Origin: an uncultured Phycisphaerales bacterium
Lineage (GTDB): Bacteria > Planctomycetota > Phycisphaerae > Tepidisphaerales > Tepidisphaeraceae
Length of the DNA stretch: 64,000 nucleotides
Direction: 5' to 3'
Assembly: GCA_963755915.1 (NCBI GenBank)
Contig: CAVWLP010000002.1
Coordinates: forward strand, 2,816,001 to 2,880,000
Shown here: in pieces, positions 39,278 to 51,602 of the stretch
Numbering within the stretch: position 1 is the stretch's first letter
Layout of the letters: every line of letters begins with the position of its first letter
Notes under the pieces: model-generated
Databases searched by the model: none
What the model was told of the DNA's origin: nothing
Seen by the model: the letters and a program-made list of their open reading frames with translations, nothing else
Program-made: the position numbers and the translations under genes

Positions 39278-41298
39278 AAAAGAGGGACATGCGGTTGCCC
39301 TGGGGAGGGGATAAAGGCGCGGCGATGGGAGGGGGGGTAAATGCGCCGCCGGCGGCTGAGCGTTGTGAGCCCGATTGCAACCAATATCCCGATCGAGCCT
39401 GGCTCGGGGACATCGGCCAGCAGGCCATTTGCCGCGGCGAAGGCGTCTAGCGCGGCGATGTCGGCTGGGCTGACTGCGACGGCGGCGCCGCTGTCCCCCT
39501 GGCCGAAGTTGGCGGCGAGGGCGCTGAAGTCGGAGCCGTTGACGGAGCTGCCGAAGAGAAAATTCCCCTGGTCCCAGTTGGTTACGCCCAGGCCGAAGTT
39601 GGCGGCAAGGATGGAGAAGTCGGAGCCGTTGACCGCTCCATCGAGATTGGCGTCGCCGAGGAGGGTGTATTTCAGCAGGATTTCCCCGCTGGTGAGGCCG
39701 GCGACGTTTCCGGTTTTGTCGTTGCCGTCGGCCCAGCCGACGCCGTAGCGGAGTCCGCTCGTCGGGGTTTGGGCGGTGCTGGAGATGATGCCGGTGGTTC
39801 CGTTCCAGGCGCCGTTGTTAAAGCCGGTTTGCAAATATCCGTAGATGGCGGCGATGGGGTCGCTGTTTCCGTAGGTGATGATGAGATGGTTGTTCGTGAT
39901 GTCCAGAAGGGAGCTGGTCGTAATGGTCAGGGAGGAGATATTGACATTGCTCGCCGGGCTGGTGGTGGAGAGCGAAGTGTTTTTGGCGATCTGCACTTTT
40001 CCAGCCGAAATGCTCAGGCTTCCGGCCGTCAGTCCGGTTGCGATAGTGAGTGTGCCGGTGCCGAATTTCGCGAATGATCCGGTGTCGGCGATGGTGCCGG
40101 TGCCAGTGATGGAATAGTTTCCGGTGCTGTTGTTGAAGGTGACGGACATGGGGCTGACGGTGGTGCTCAGGGTGACGGAATATCGGCCCGACGCCGAGCC
40201 GTTGCTGTCGCTGAAGGAGACGTTGTCCTGCGGCGTGAAGACGGTGGTGACGCCGCCATTGAGCCAGTTCGCGCTGGAATTGGTGTTCCAGAGGTTGTTC
40301 GCCGTGGAGTCTTTCCAAGCGGCGGACTGTGCTTCCAGGGCGAGCCCGGCGGAGGTGAGGTTCCATCCGACGACGTCGAGGGCGGCGAGCTCGTTGGGCC
40401 CGATGTTGGGCTCGAATGCGGGTGTGATGCCGGGGTCCTGGTAGGCGTCCTGAACCTGGGCGACAGGATTCGGTAGGCCGTCGGCCGGAACGACGCCGTC
40501 GCCCCAGTCGCCGTAATCGGAGCCGTCGTTGTTCTGGTTGAAATGGACGAAATCGGTGTTTCCGCCGTCGATGGAAAAATAGGAGGAGACGTTGGTAAAG
40601 GTTGAGTAGCTTCGTGAGCCGGGGGAGCCGTAGCGGAAGAGGTCCATGGGTCCGACGCTGCCGTCGCTGGTGCCTTTAAGGACGGCGTCGAGCTGCGAGC
40701 CTGCTCCGCCGGCGCCGAGGACTTCGTCCATTTCGTGAGCGACCACTGACTCGAGATCGTAGTGGGTGGCATTGGTTCCCGGCCGGGAATCGTTAACGAT
40801 TGTCGAATTAAAGGAGATCGTGCTGTCGGGATCGCCGGCGGGCGGGGTTGCGGACGCATCCCCGAGCGCCCGCAGAAGGGGCAGGGTGGTTTGGATGTTG
40901 GCGTTGCCGTCAACCGGATTCCCGGTGCTGGATGGGAGGGTCGCCAGAGCCGTCACGTCGTCGCGCGACTCGGTCTGGGCTCCCTGGAGGGCGGCGAGAT
41001 ACTCGGTGTAGGGAACATCGGCGAAATACGTCTGGCTCTGCCCCAGGCCGCTGCTCATTTCGGAGAAGGTGATGTTTACCGTTACCGGGTTGGCGATGTA
41101 GCTCTCGATATTGGAGATGGCGGTGTTGATGGTGGCTTCGATCGTGGCGGCATTGGGGTCGTTCATGATCGTGCTGTCGAAGTTGGGAACAATGGTGAGA
41201 TTGGCCCGGGCCTGACCCGAGAAGGCGAGGAATCCGCCTGAAAACAGACCGAAACCACCGACCGCGCGCTTAAGGGCTGCCGCCTTTGACTTTCGCAT
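39241..41298 (-). CDS. PEP-CTERM-sorted putative metalloprotease (NF038122-like) with a dockerin-like repeat
   Basis: Signal peptide; YDLESVVAHEMDEVLG, MDLFRY, ALDVVGW; GDANLDGAVNGSDFSILAANFG-type repeat present twice; VPEPGSIGIL...RRRR. The true stop is probably near 39335. Confidence 0.75.
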   Translation of the reverse strand: MRKSKAAALKRAVGGFGLFSGGFLAFSGQARANLTIVPNFDSTIMNDPNAATIEATINTAISNIESYIANPVTVNITFSEMSSGLGQSQTYFADVPYTEYLAALQGAQTESRDDVTALATLPSSTGNPVDGNANIQTTLPLLRALGDASATPPAGDPDSTISFNSTIVNDSRPGTNATHYDLESVVAHEMDEVLGAGGAGSQLDAVLKGTSDGSVGPMDLFRYGSPGSRSYSTFTNVSSYFSIDGGNTDFVHFNQNNDGSDYGDWGDGVVPADGLPNPVAQVQDAYQDPGITPAFEPNIGPNELAALDVVGWNLTSAGLALEAQSAAWKDSTANNLWNTNSSANWLNGGVTTVFTPQDNVSFSDSNGSASGRYSVTLSTTVSPMSVTFNNSTGNYSITGTGTIADTGSFAKFGTGTLTIATGLTAGSLSISAGKVQIAKNTSLSTTSPASNVNISSLTITTSSLLDITNNHLIITYGNSDPIAAIYGYLQTGFNNGAWNGTTGIISSTAQTPTSGLRYGVGWADGNDKTGNVAGLTSGEILLKYTLLGDANLDGAVNGSDFSILAANFGLGVTNWDQGNFLFGSSVNGSDFSALAANFGQGDSGAAVAVSPADIAALDAFAAANGLLADVPEPGSIGILVAIGLTTLSRRRRIYPPSHRRAFIPSPGQPHVPLFPLAQYSGRGQG

Positions 41299-41542
41299 TG
41301 TTCGCCTCCAGGGGAATGGAGAACTACCAGCGGAATGCTCCAACCGCTGGGGGGTATTTATACTCCGCGCGGGTTAAGAGTTGATAGGGAAAATTCGAAA
41401 ATGCGACGGAAGCAAAGCTGGCGCGGGTCGATTTCGGGCGACTTGCCATAACTGCTGCCGGCTGCGATCATTGAGAGCGCGGAGCCTGAATCGAAAATCC
41501 ATTCTGCATTCTCTGCCGGAATACCCGGTTGAGAGCCGGAAA

Positions 41543-42967
41543 ATGAAGCTCGTTAAGATCATCGTCTTTGCTTTGCTCGGGGCGACAGGGTTGGGATTTC
41601 TATTGTTTGGGTCGCGTCCGAATTTTTCCGACGCGCCGCCGGGGTATACCGTTGTCGAATACTGGGAGAAATGGAACGGGCCGGAATTCCTGGGGATGAA
41701 GCAGATCGTCGATGACTTCAACAATTCGGTGGGGAAGGAAAAGAAGATTTATGTGCGCTACATGTCGATGAGCGAGATCGACCGCAAGACGCTGATGTCG
41801 ATCGCGGCAGGTGTGCCGCCGGATATCGCGGGGATCTGGGACCAGCAGGTGGCGCAATACGCGGCGATCGGCGCGGCGCAGCCGCTGGATGAATTGGCGA
41901 AAGAGCATGGGATTACCGAGGATTATTATCTACCGGTTTTCTGGAAGGGGTGTTCGTATAAGGGGCATCTGTATGCGCTGGTGAGCACGCCGGGGACGGT
42001 GGCGCTGATTTATAACAAGCAGATTTATCAGCAGTGCGCCGACAAGCTGCGGGCGGCGGGGCTGGATCCGAATCGCGCGCCGCGGACGATCCCGGAGTTT
42101 GATAAATACGCCCAGTGTCTGGACGAGCGGGATGCGGACGGGAATATCACACGGGCGGGATTTATTCCGCTTCAGAGCTGGTATATCCCGCACCTGGGGT
42201 ATTGGTTTGGGGCGGATATTGTCGACCCACAGACGGGTCGGCCAGAGCTGGATTCACCGCAGATGCTGGCGGCGTTTGCGTGGGTGCAGGGTTATGCGAA
42301 GCGGCTGGGGGAAAGGTCGCTCAACGATTTCAAGAACAGCCTGGGGAATTTCGATTCGCCGCAAAATCCATTTCTGGTGGGGAAGGAAGTGATGGATCAG
42401 CAGGGGCCCTGGATGGCGAATTATATCCGCAACAATAAGCCGCAGCTTTCGGAGGTTTTGGTTCCGCTGGATCGGCAATTTGAATTGAAGGATCGGCGGG
42501 CCAACTGCGCCTGGGCTTTTGCGCCGTTTCCGTCGGCCGTGCCGGGGCAGGAGATGGTAAGCTACAACAGCTTTGATGGGCTGATGATTCCGACCGGCGC
42601 ACGGCATCCGAAGGAGGCGTTTGAATTCATCGCCTATGTGAATCGCGAGGACGTGGCGGAAAAGCTGAACACGCTGCACTGCAAAAACTGCCAGCTTCGG
42701 CATGTGAGCGAATATTTTCTGACGCATCATCCGAATCCGTATATCGCGGTGTTTCAGCAGTTGGCTGCGAGTCCGAATGCACGGCCGGTTCCACCCAGCC
42801 CGATCTGGGCGGAGATTTATCAGGAGCTGATCGACGTCTCGCAGGAGGTTTCGCTGGAGCCGGTTGCGTCAGATGAGGCCATGCATCACGCTCAACAGCG
42901 CATGATGGCGGAGTACAATCGCTTCACCGCGATCGAGAATGAGCGCGTGAAGCTGGGAATTGATTAA
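41543..42967 (+). CDS. Carbohydrate ABC transporter substrate-binding protein
   Basis: SIAAGVPPDI, LIYNK, QGPW, HPKEAFEFI; lies in an operon with two permeases. Confidence 0.88.
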   Translation: MKLVKIIVFALLGATGLGFLLFGSRPNFSDAPPGYTVVEYWEKWNGPEFLGMKQIVDDFNNSVGKEKKIYVRYMSMSEIDRKTLMSIAAGVPPDIAGIWDQQVAQYAAIGAAQPLDELAKEHGITEDYYLPVFWKGCSYKGHLYALVSTPGTVALIYNKQIYQQCADKLRAAGLDPNRAPRTIPEFDKYAQCLDERDADGNITRAGFIPLQSWYIPHLGYWFGADIVDPQTGRPELDSPQMLAAFAWVQGYAKRLGERSLNDFKNSLGNFDSPQNPFLVGKEVMDQQGPWMANYIRNNKPQLSEVLVPLDRQFELKDRRANCAWAFAPFPSAVPGQEMVSYNSFDGLMIPTGARHPKEAFEFIAYVNREDVAEKLNTLHCKNCQLRHVSEYFLTHHPNPYIAVFQQLAASPNARPVPPSPIWAEIYQELIDVSQEVSLEPVASDEAMHHAQQRMMAEYNRFTAIENERVKLGID

Positions 42968-43921
42968 ATGTCGATTGCAATCGGCGAAACATCTCGAGGG
43001 CACAGCGAAGTTGTTCGCGTTCCCCGGCAGCACCACGGAGGATCGCCCGAGCAGCGGCGGAACCTGATCAAGGGCTTGCTCTTTCTCTCGCCCTGGATCA
43101 TCGGCTTTGCCGCGTTCACGGCCGTGCCGATCGGGCTGTCGTTTTACTACAGCTTCTGCGATTTTGAGCTGACGGCGCCCGAACACGCGCCGCTTTGGAT
43201 CGGGCTGGACAATTATCGCCAGCTTATGCAGGACGCGATCTTCTGGAAATCGCTGAAGAACACGATGTATTACGCGGCGATGTCGCTTCCCGCGGCGATG
43301 CTGGTTTCGCTGGGGCTGGCGCTGATGCTCAACGCGCCGATCGCCGGGCAGAAATTTTACCGCGCGATTATCTTTCTGCCCTCGCTCGTGCCGGCGTTTG
43401 CGTCGGCGATGATCTGGCTGTGGATGTATAACCCCAGCATGGGGGTCTTCAACATGCTGCTGGCGAAAATGGGCCTTCCGCCGCCCGACTGGCTGGGAGA
43501 AAAATTGGCGATGCCTTCGCTGGCCGTGATGAGTGTCTGGGGCGTGGGGAATACCGTCATCATTTATCTGGCCGGTTTGCAGGATATTCCCAAGGAGCTG
43601 CACGAGGCCGCGGAAATCGACGGGGCGGGAGTTTTCCGCCGGCTCTTTTCCGTCACGCTGCCGATGTTAACGCCGGTGATTTTTTTCAATTTAGTCATGG
43701 CGATCATCGGAACGTTTTCGATCCTGGTCGTGCCGTACATCATGACCGCGGGCGGCCCGAACAAGGCGACCTATTTTTACACCATGTATAACTACGATGA
43801 GGCGTTCAAATATCTCAACATGGGCTACGCCAGCGCCCTGGCGTGGATCCAGTTGTCAATTACTCTGGCGCTGACGGGCATCGCCTTCTGGTCGGCCAAA
43901 AAATGGGTGCATTACGGATGA
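42968..43921 (+). CDS. Carbohydrate ABC transporter permease (MalF-like)
   Basis: GLDNY, EAA loop LHEAAEIDGA, MGYASALAW. Confidence 0.92.
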   Translation: MSIAIGETSRGHSEVVRVPRQHHGGSPEQRRNLIKGLLFLSPWIIGFAAFTAVPIGLSFYYSFCDFELTAPEHAPLWIGLDNYRQLMQDAIFWKSLKNTMYYAAMSLPAAMLVSLGLALMLNAPIAGQKFYRAIIFLPSLVPAFASAMIWLWMYNPSMGVFNMLLAKMGLPPPDWLGEKLAMPSLAVMSVWGVGNTVIIYLAGLQDIPKELHEAAEIDGAGVFRRLFSVTLPMLTPVIFFNLVMAIIGTFSILVVPYIMTAGGPNKATYFYTMYNYDEAFKYLNMGYASALAWIQLSITLALTGIAFWSAKKWVHYG

Positions 43922-44814
43922 AAGTGAGCGATGAAAATCGTCTTCGCAATCGCTGGGCGGCGGCCTCGCTGCATCTGGGGCTCATTCTTGTTTGCGTCGG
44001 CTATTTGCTGCCATTTATCTGGATGATCTCCACGAGCCTCAAGACCGGCGACCAGACGCAGGAAACTCCGCCGCGGTTCGAGCCGCATCCCTGGATGTGG
44101 CGAAATTACCACGACGTCTTTACGCATCCGACTTTCCACGCCTCACTTTACACCCGCAACACCCTGGTGATTGCCGTGCTCACAGTGCTGGGCACGACGC
44201 TTTCCAGCGCCGTCGTGGCCTACGGCTTCGCGCGAATTCCGTTCCGGGGCAGCGGCATTTTATTCGCGATAATGCTGGCGACGATCATGATTCCATTCCC
44301 GGTGGTGATGGTCTCGCTCTTCCGTGTCTTCCGGTGGATGGACGAGCAAACCGCCGCCTGGCTCGGGCCGGACAACCTGTTTCAGATGCTGGGCACATTC
44401 AAGCCGCTGTGGCTGCCGGCATGGTTTGGGTCGGCGTTCAATATTTTTCTGTTGCGGCAATTCTTCATGACGCTGCCGAAGGAACTATCCGAGGCGGCGC
44501 GCATCGACGGCTGCAACGAATTCGAAATCTTCTGGCGGATTGTTCTGCCTCTGGCCAAGCCGGCACTGGCGGTGGTGGCACTGTTCAGCTTTATGGGCGT
44601 GTGGAACGATTTTCTGGGTCCGCTCGTTTATATCCAGAGGCCCGAACAATACACGCTGGCACTGGGGCTTCAAGCGTTTCAGAGCCGGATCGGCGGCACG
44701 CCGTGGCAATTGCTGATGGCGGCTTCGACATTGGTTTGTCTTCCGACATTAATTCTGTTTTTCCTCGCCCAGCGCACGTTTATCCAGGGTATCGCGACGA
44801 CCGGGGGGAAATAA
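43918..44814 (+). CDS. Carbohydrate ABC transporter permease (MalG-like)
   Basis: LLRQFFMTLPKELSEAARIDG, WNDFLGPL, FIQGI. Confidence 0.92.
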   Translation: MKVSDENRLRNRWAAASLHLGLILVCVGYLLPFIWMISTSLKTGDQTQETPPRFEPHPWMWRNYHDVFTHPTFHASLYTRNTLVIAVLTVLGTTLSSAVVAYGFARIPFRGSGILFAIMLATIMIPFPVVMVSLFRVFRWMDEQTAAWLGPDNLFQMLGTFKPLWLPAWFGSAFNIFLLRQFFMTLPKELSEAARIDGCNEFEIFWRIVLPLAKPALAVVALFSFMGVWNDFLGPLVYIQRPEQYTLALGLQAFQSRIGGTPWQLLMAASTLVCLPTLILFFLAQRTFIQGIATTGGK

Positions 44815-44819
44815 GAATA

Positions 44820-44912
44820 TCTCACGCAGAGGCGCAGAGGCGCGGAGGAATTAAGATTGGAAATCGGGCTTGATTTGAATTTGCTCTGCGAGCTCTGCGC
44901 CTCTGCGTGAGA
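44820..44912. repeat. Family-A palindrome
   Basis: TCTCACGCAGAGGCGCAGAGGCGCGGAG ... CTCTGCGAGCTCTGCGCCTCTGCGTGAGA. Confidence 0.85.
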
Positions 44913-44918
44913 CCTTTT

Positions 44919-45768
44919 ATGTTTGGCTCCCATCTTTCCATAGCGGGTGGAATGCACAACGCGCTTCTGGCGGCGGAATCGCACGGCTGCGATACCGTCC
45001 AGGTTTTCACCAAAAATCAACAGCAGTGGAAGTGCAAGCCGCTGGATCCGAAGGCGATCGCGGATTGGAAGGAGCAGCTTCTAAGATTGAAATTCGAGCG
45101 CACGGTGAGCCACGACAGTTATCTGATCAACGTCGCCTCGCCGGACGATCGGCTCTGGAATGCGAGCGCGGAATTGCTGGCCGAGGAGATTTCGCGATGC
45201 GAGGCGCTGGAGATTCCATATCTGGTGATGCATCCGGGCGCATATGGGGTCGGGGGAGGAGGCGGGACTGAAGCGCGTGGCGAAGGGGATTGATGCGGCC
45301 TGCGCCGCGGCGGGGGGGCAAAATACGATCGTATGCCTCGAGGTCACCGCCGGTCAGGGGAGCTCGCTGGGATATCGCCTGGAGCACCTGGCGGAGATCA
45401 TCTCGGCGTCGAATGTCCCGGAGAAGCTGGGTGTCTGCCTGGACACGGCTCATCTGTTTGCCGCAGGGTACGATTTTCGCGGCGAGAAGTATGCGAAGTT
45501 TCGGCGGGAACTGGGACAGATCGTGGGGCTGAAGCGCGTGAAGGTGTGGCATTTGAACGATTCGAAAAAGGAGCTGGGAAGCCGGGTCGACCGGCACGAT
45601 CACATCGGCCGCGGCAAGATCGGCGTCGAGGGATTTATTCCGATTGTGCGCGACGATCTTTTTGCGAGCGTGCCGAAGATTCTGGAGACGCCGAAAGAGA
45701 AGGATCCGGAGTCGGGACGGCCGTGGGATGAGGTGAACCTCGAAGTCTTGCGGGGGATGATGCGGTGA
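44919..45768 (+). CDS. nfo: Endonuclease IV (frameshift near 45240)
   Basis: FGSHLSIAGG, HDSYLIN, HPG, LEVTAGQG, CLDTAHLFAAGYD, HLNDSK, DRHDHIG, ILETP. Confidence 0.93.
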
Positions 45769-45777
45769 ATCGGATTT

Positions 45778-45899
45778 CCCCCTCTCCCGGTACTCCGGGA
45801 GAGGGCAGGGGTGAGGGCCTTAAAGAGCGGCAATTTTATTTTGATCGTTGGCAGCTTCCGTCCTCACCCTAACCCTCTCCCCGAGTACCGGGAGAGGGG
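45778..45899. repeat. Inverted pair of family-B palindromes between nfo and ligA
   Basis: 45778-45817 CCCCCTCTCCCGGTACTCCGGGAGAGGGCAGGGGTGAGGG and 45862-45899 CCTCACCCTAACCCTCTCCCCGAGTACCGGGAGAGGGG. Confidence 0.85.
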
Positions 45900-45906
45900 A
45901 TAATAA

Positions 45907-47985
<2,079 letters not shown>

Positions 47986-48019
47986 GACGAAAAAGGAACC
48001 TGGGCTTGGGTGATTGCCG

Positions 48020-48065
48020 AAAAAAAATATAAACCGCCCGCGGGGAAAGCCGCAGGCGGTTTATT
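48020..48065. terminator. Probable bidirectional terminator between convergent genes
   Basis: ATAAACCGCCCGCGG...CCGCAGGCGGTTTAT with an A-run on the left. Confidence 0.7.
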
Positions 48066-48108
48066 GTGGTGAGCGGGGTTGTGAATCGCTCTTCGGCCAA
48101 CTTACCGG

Positions 48109-48663
48109 TTAATGGGAAACCGGCTCGTAGTTGAACTTCTGTCCACCGACGGCTGCGTCGGCCATCAGGCCGCCCTTCACATCGGTGAAGATGGCGATTC
48201 CATTTTCCCAGCGGGCGTTAGCGGCGGCGCCGTCTTTGGCGGCGACAGCGGAAGCGTCAGCGTCAAAGGTCAACTGACCTGCCTCAAACCGCTGCAGCGC
48301 ATCGCCGCTCTGGAAGACGATCAGCTCGGCAAAAGTTTGACCGCCGATGGATGCGCCGGCGGTGGCCTGGGTCATGTCGGCATAACCGATCAGGTTACCC
48401 CCTTGATAGACTTCGCCCTGGCCGTATGCACCGCCCACTCCGACGGCGCCTTTGCCGACCGAGGGGAAGATGGCATAGCCGTAGGAGTGACGCAGGACGT
48501 TATCCAGCGACGAGTCCTGGGCCTTGAGGTCATTCAACGCGGCGTCAGAATCGTTCTGAAGCTGCGAACGATCGGAGCCCGTCTGCGGCGCAGTCGAGCA
48601 TCCGGCAAGAAACATTGCAGCAGCACCAGCCGCCGCGAGACAAAACATTGGAATTCGGAACAT
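48109..48663 (-). CDS. Lipoprotein with a lipid-binding SYLF/Ysc84 domain
   Basis: Lipobox LAGC; GYAIFPSVGKGAVGVGGAYGQG; GGLMADAAVGGQKF. Confidence 0.85.
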   Translation of the reverse strand: MFRIPMFCLAAAGAAAMFLAGCSTAPQTGSDRSQLQNDSDAALNDLKAQDSSLDNVLRHSYGYAIFPSVGKGAVGVGGAYGQGEVYQGGNLIGYADMTQATAGASIGGQTFAELIVFQSGDALQRFEAGQLTFDADASAVAAKDGAAANARWENGIAIFTDVKGGLMADAAVGGQKFNYEPVSH

Positions 48664-48721
48664 GGGTAACCTCCCGTTGGTTAAATCGCTAAGCGTAAAG
48701 GCTGGACACGATCCAGCGCAC

Positions 48722-50176
48722 TCAACCGGGAGATAGCAAACTGTATGCGAGAGGCGGTGAAAGCACTATTTTCCGCCAGCGCTCAGGGCCATTCGGATCA
48801 AGCTGGCCCGTGATGCGCAAGAGATTTAGGTAAAAAATGGAGCGGCTTATTAGCTCGTTGCTGTAATTGAGCTGGGCCGTCAACAAAGTGTCCTGGGCCG
48901 TCAAAACGTCCAGGGGGATGGCAAGCTCGTTCTTAAGTAATTGCTGCGACTGGACCAGTGCATCGCTGGCGGCCTTCACCTGCGCCTGGAGGCTCGGTAG
49001 AAGTTGCTCGGAATTGATCAGATCGTCGTAGGCCACCTGTACATCGCGGTCAATCTGTCGGCTCAGCTCGGATTGATATAGAGCCGCTTGGCGGAGTTTT
49101 GACCAGGCATTGCGGACGTCCGCCTCAATGATGCCGGCGGAAAAGATGGGGAGGTTACCAATCAGGATCGCATCCCATTTGCTCGCGTCCGAGAAATATT
49201 CACGGTAGAGGAACCCGGCAACGTTGATCGACACGGATGGGTAATATTCCGCGATGGCCGCGTCGACGGAATACTTTGCCGCGCGAACAGCCGCCTCCGC
49301 GCCGAGAAGGTCCTGGCGATGGGTGGCGGCATAGGCGACGAAGTCCCGCGCCGTGGGGAGTTTGTCCGGAACGATGGCTTCATTGAGCAGCGGACCATCC
49401 ACTTCGGCGACGCCAATGACAAACGACAGCATGTGCCGCCCGTCGCGGACGTCGTTTTGCGCCTGGATCAGCGAAGATTCCGTGGCCGCAACCTGAGCCT
49501 CGGTCTGGGAAACTTCCAGCGCCAGGGCCAGATGGTTCTTAAACTGGCTTTCCACATCCACCAGGCGCGCCTGCTGAACCTTCAACGAATCTTCCAGCAC
49601 CCGCACCTGGGCTTCAGAAAGAAGGATCTGATAATACGTCTGCGCGACGCTGAGGAGGACGGTTTGCTGGGTGTCGAGAAGAAGCTGCCGCTGCTGGATG
49701 ATCGTCTGGCCGGCGCTTTGGATGTTGGGGTAGGAGACAAAGCTAAGGTTCATCGCGCCGGTGACGGGGGCTTCGAAGCGATCCCAGGTCTGGCCGTTGA
49801 TTTGGAACCCACCGGCGCTGGCCGCCACTTGCGGGGACACGTTGGCGCCGGCGGAAGTGAGACCGGACCCCGGCGCCTGCTCGATGGTGAAATCGGGCTG
49901 AAGGGCGACCGTCGGCAGAAACGCCGCGACGGCACGGCTTTTGGCCACCAGCGCCTGAATGTAGTTTTCGCCCTGGAGCCCGATCTGTTCATTATCCTGG
50001 TCGGCCAGCAAAAGAGCCTGCTCGACGGAGAGGGTCTGGCCGTCCTGGTAGGTCTTGGGGTGCGGGACGTTCGCGTCGACGACGTTGCGATAGGTCTGCA
50101 CCTCCGTGCGCTGATTCACACAGCCGCCAAGGGCGCACAAAAGCGACAGGATGACGGACAATCTGGACGCGCTCAC
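48722..50176 (-). CDS. TolC-family outer-membrane efflux lipoprotein
   Basis: Lipobox LGGC; two OEP-type repeats; last gene of the RND operon. Confidence 0.88.
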   Translation of the reverse strand: MSASRLSVILSLLCALGGCVNQRTEVQTYRNVVDANVPHPKTYQDGQTLSVEQALLLADQDNEQIGLQGENYIQALVAKSRAVAAFLPTVALQPDFTIEQAPGSGLTSAGANVSPQVAASAGGFQINGQTWDRFEAPVTGAMNLSFVSYPNIQSAGQTIIQQRQLLLDTQQTVLLSVAQTYYQILLSEAQVRVLEDSLKVQQARLVDVESQFKNHLALALEVSQTEAQVAATESSLIQAQNDVRDGRHMLSFVIGVAEVDGPLLNEAIVPDKLPTARDFVAYAATHRQDLLGAEAAVRAAKYSVDAAIAEYYPSVSINVAGFLYREYFSDASKWDAILIGNLPIFSAGIIEADVRNAWSKLRQAALYQSELSRQIDRDVQVAYDDLINSEQLLPSLQAQVKAASDALVQSQQLLKNELAIPLDVLTAQDTLLTAQLNYSNELISRSIFYLNLLRITGQLDPNGPERWRKIVLSPPLAYSLLSPG

Positions 50177-51602
50177 CGTGCGGCGCCTCCGGATGGCGGA
50201 TCAACATCGGCCTGGGCCACGCGCGTTGTGGGCTGGTCACTCGCCGCCACGGCGGTGGGGGGAGGAATGGGCTGCGAAGCGATCTGCACCTGCCCGCCCT
50301 CAACTAGTTTCTCGCCGGGATTGGTGATGACCTGGTCGAGCGGCGCCAGCCCGCCCACGACTTCGATAATCTGCCCGAGATCGCGGCCGATGGCGACTTT
50401 TCGGAAGTGCATGTGGCTGTCTGAACCGACGATCCCCAGCAGCGTGCCATTGGATTCGAAAAGCATGGCGGCGGTCGGAACCGTCAGCGTCGGATGGTCG
50501 CGATGCACGTTGATGTGCACCTCGCCGTACATCCCCGACCAGAGCTGGTGGTGGGAGTTGTCGAAGTTCAATTGCGTGAGCAGCGTTCGGGTGCCGGGGT
50601 CCAGGGCGCCGGCAGTGCGGCGACATAGCCGGTAAATTGACGCGTTCCGTAATTCCGCTGCGAGAGGAAATAGACCGGCTGGTTCACCTGGATGAAGGTG
50701 ACGTAGGCCTGGGGCACGTTGACGAAAATGCGCAGGGTGTCGGTGTCGGCGATGTCGTATAGCTCGCTGCCGGGCGCGGTCGTGGTGGAGGAAATGCGGG
50801 CGCCAAGATCGTAATTGCGGGTGGTGATCGTTCCGGAGAAGGGGGCGACGATTCGCTTGAAGCTTTCCAGCGCGGCGAGGCGATCGACCGTCGCCTGCGA
50901 GCTTTTCACCGCGGCGTCGTCGGCGTCCCGCTCGGCCTGCGCCTGGCTGGCGTTGGTCTGACGCGTGTCGAGGTCCTGTTGCGTAACGCTGCCGGTGGCC
51001 AGCAGGCCATAATAACGCTTGTACGTGGCATTGGCCAAATCGAGATTATTCTGGGCGCTAACGAGATTGGCCCTTGACTGGAGGAGCGTCGCTTTTGCCT
51101 GGGCGTAGGCCGCATCCGTGTCGGGGGCGTCGATGAGCGCCAACAGTTCGCCCGTCTTCACGTGATCGCCGATATCGACGAACCACTTGCCGACGAATCC
51201 ATCCACACGCGCGTAAATCGCCGTCTGGGCATTGGGCCGCACGTCGGCGGGAAGGCTGAGCGTTTCTTCGACGGCCTGCGGCGTGGGATACGCAACATTG
51301 ACGATTGGCGGCGCATCCGCCTCCTGCTGCGCCTGCTCCTGAAGCTGGCGGGTGTGGGCCATGTCAGGAATGATTCGCGCGACAAATGCCACGACGGCGA
51401 TGATGACGACGACGGCAAAAATCGCTATCAGCTTTCCCTTGCTGATGGTGGCAAGCTTCACCGGCGCTTCGCCGTGCCCGGCGGGGGGCGGCTCGTGATC
51501 GCCGTTGCGGCGCTGGTCGGGCGAACGCGGGGATTCCGGCGGCCGATGAATCGGCTGGGTCTCCTGCGTTGTTGTCGTTTGATTTTCCTGCATTGGCATC
51601 AC
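50173..51602 (-). CDS. RND efflux membrane-fusion protein (frameshift near 50620)
   Basis: IYARVDGFV, VDIGDHVKTG, APFSGTIT, GMYGEV, VPTAA. Confidence 0.9.

Noticed and set aside
39241-39340. C-terminal extension beyond the PEP-CTERM motif
   Set aside because: It reads through a G-run and a family-B repeat, so it is likely a lost stop codon caused by an indel.
41543-44814. ABC transporter lacking an ATPase
   Set aside because: CUT1 sugar transporters commonly share an ATPase encoded elsewhere.
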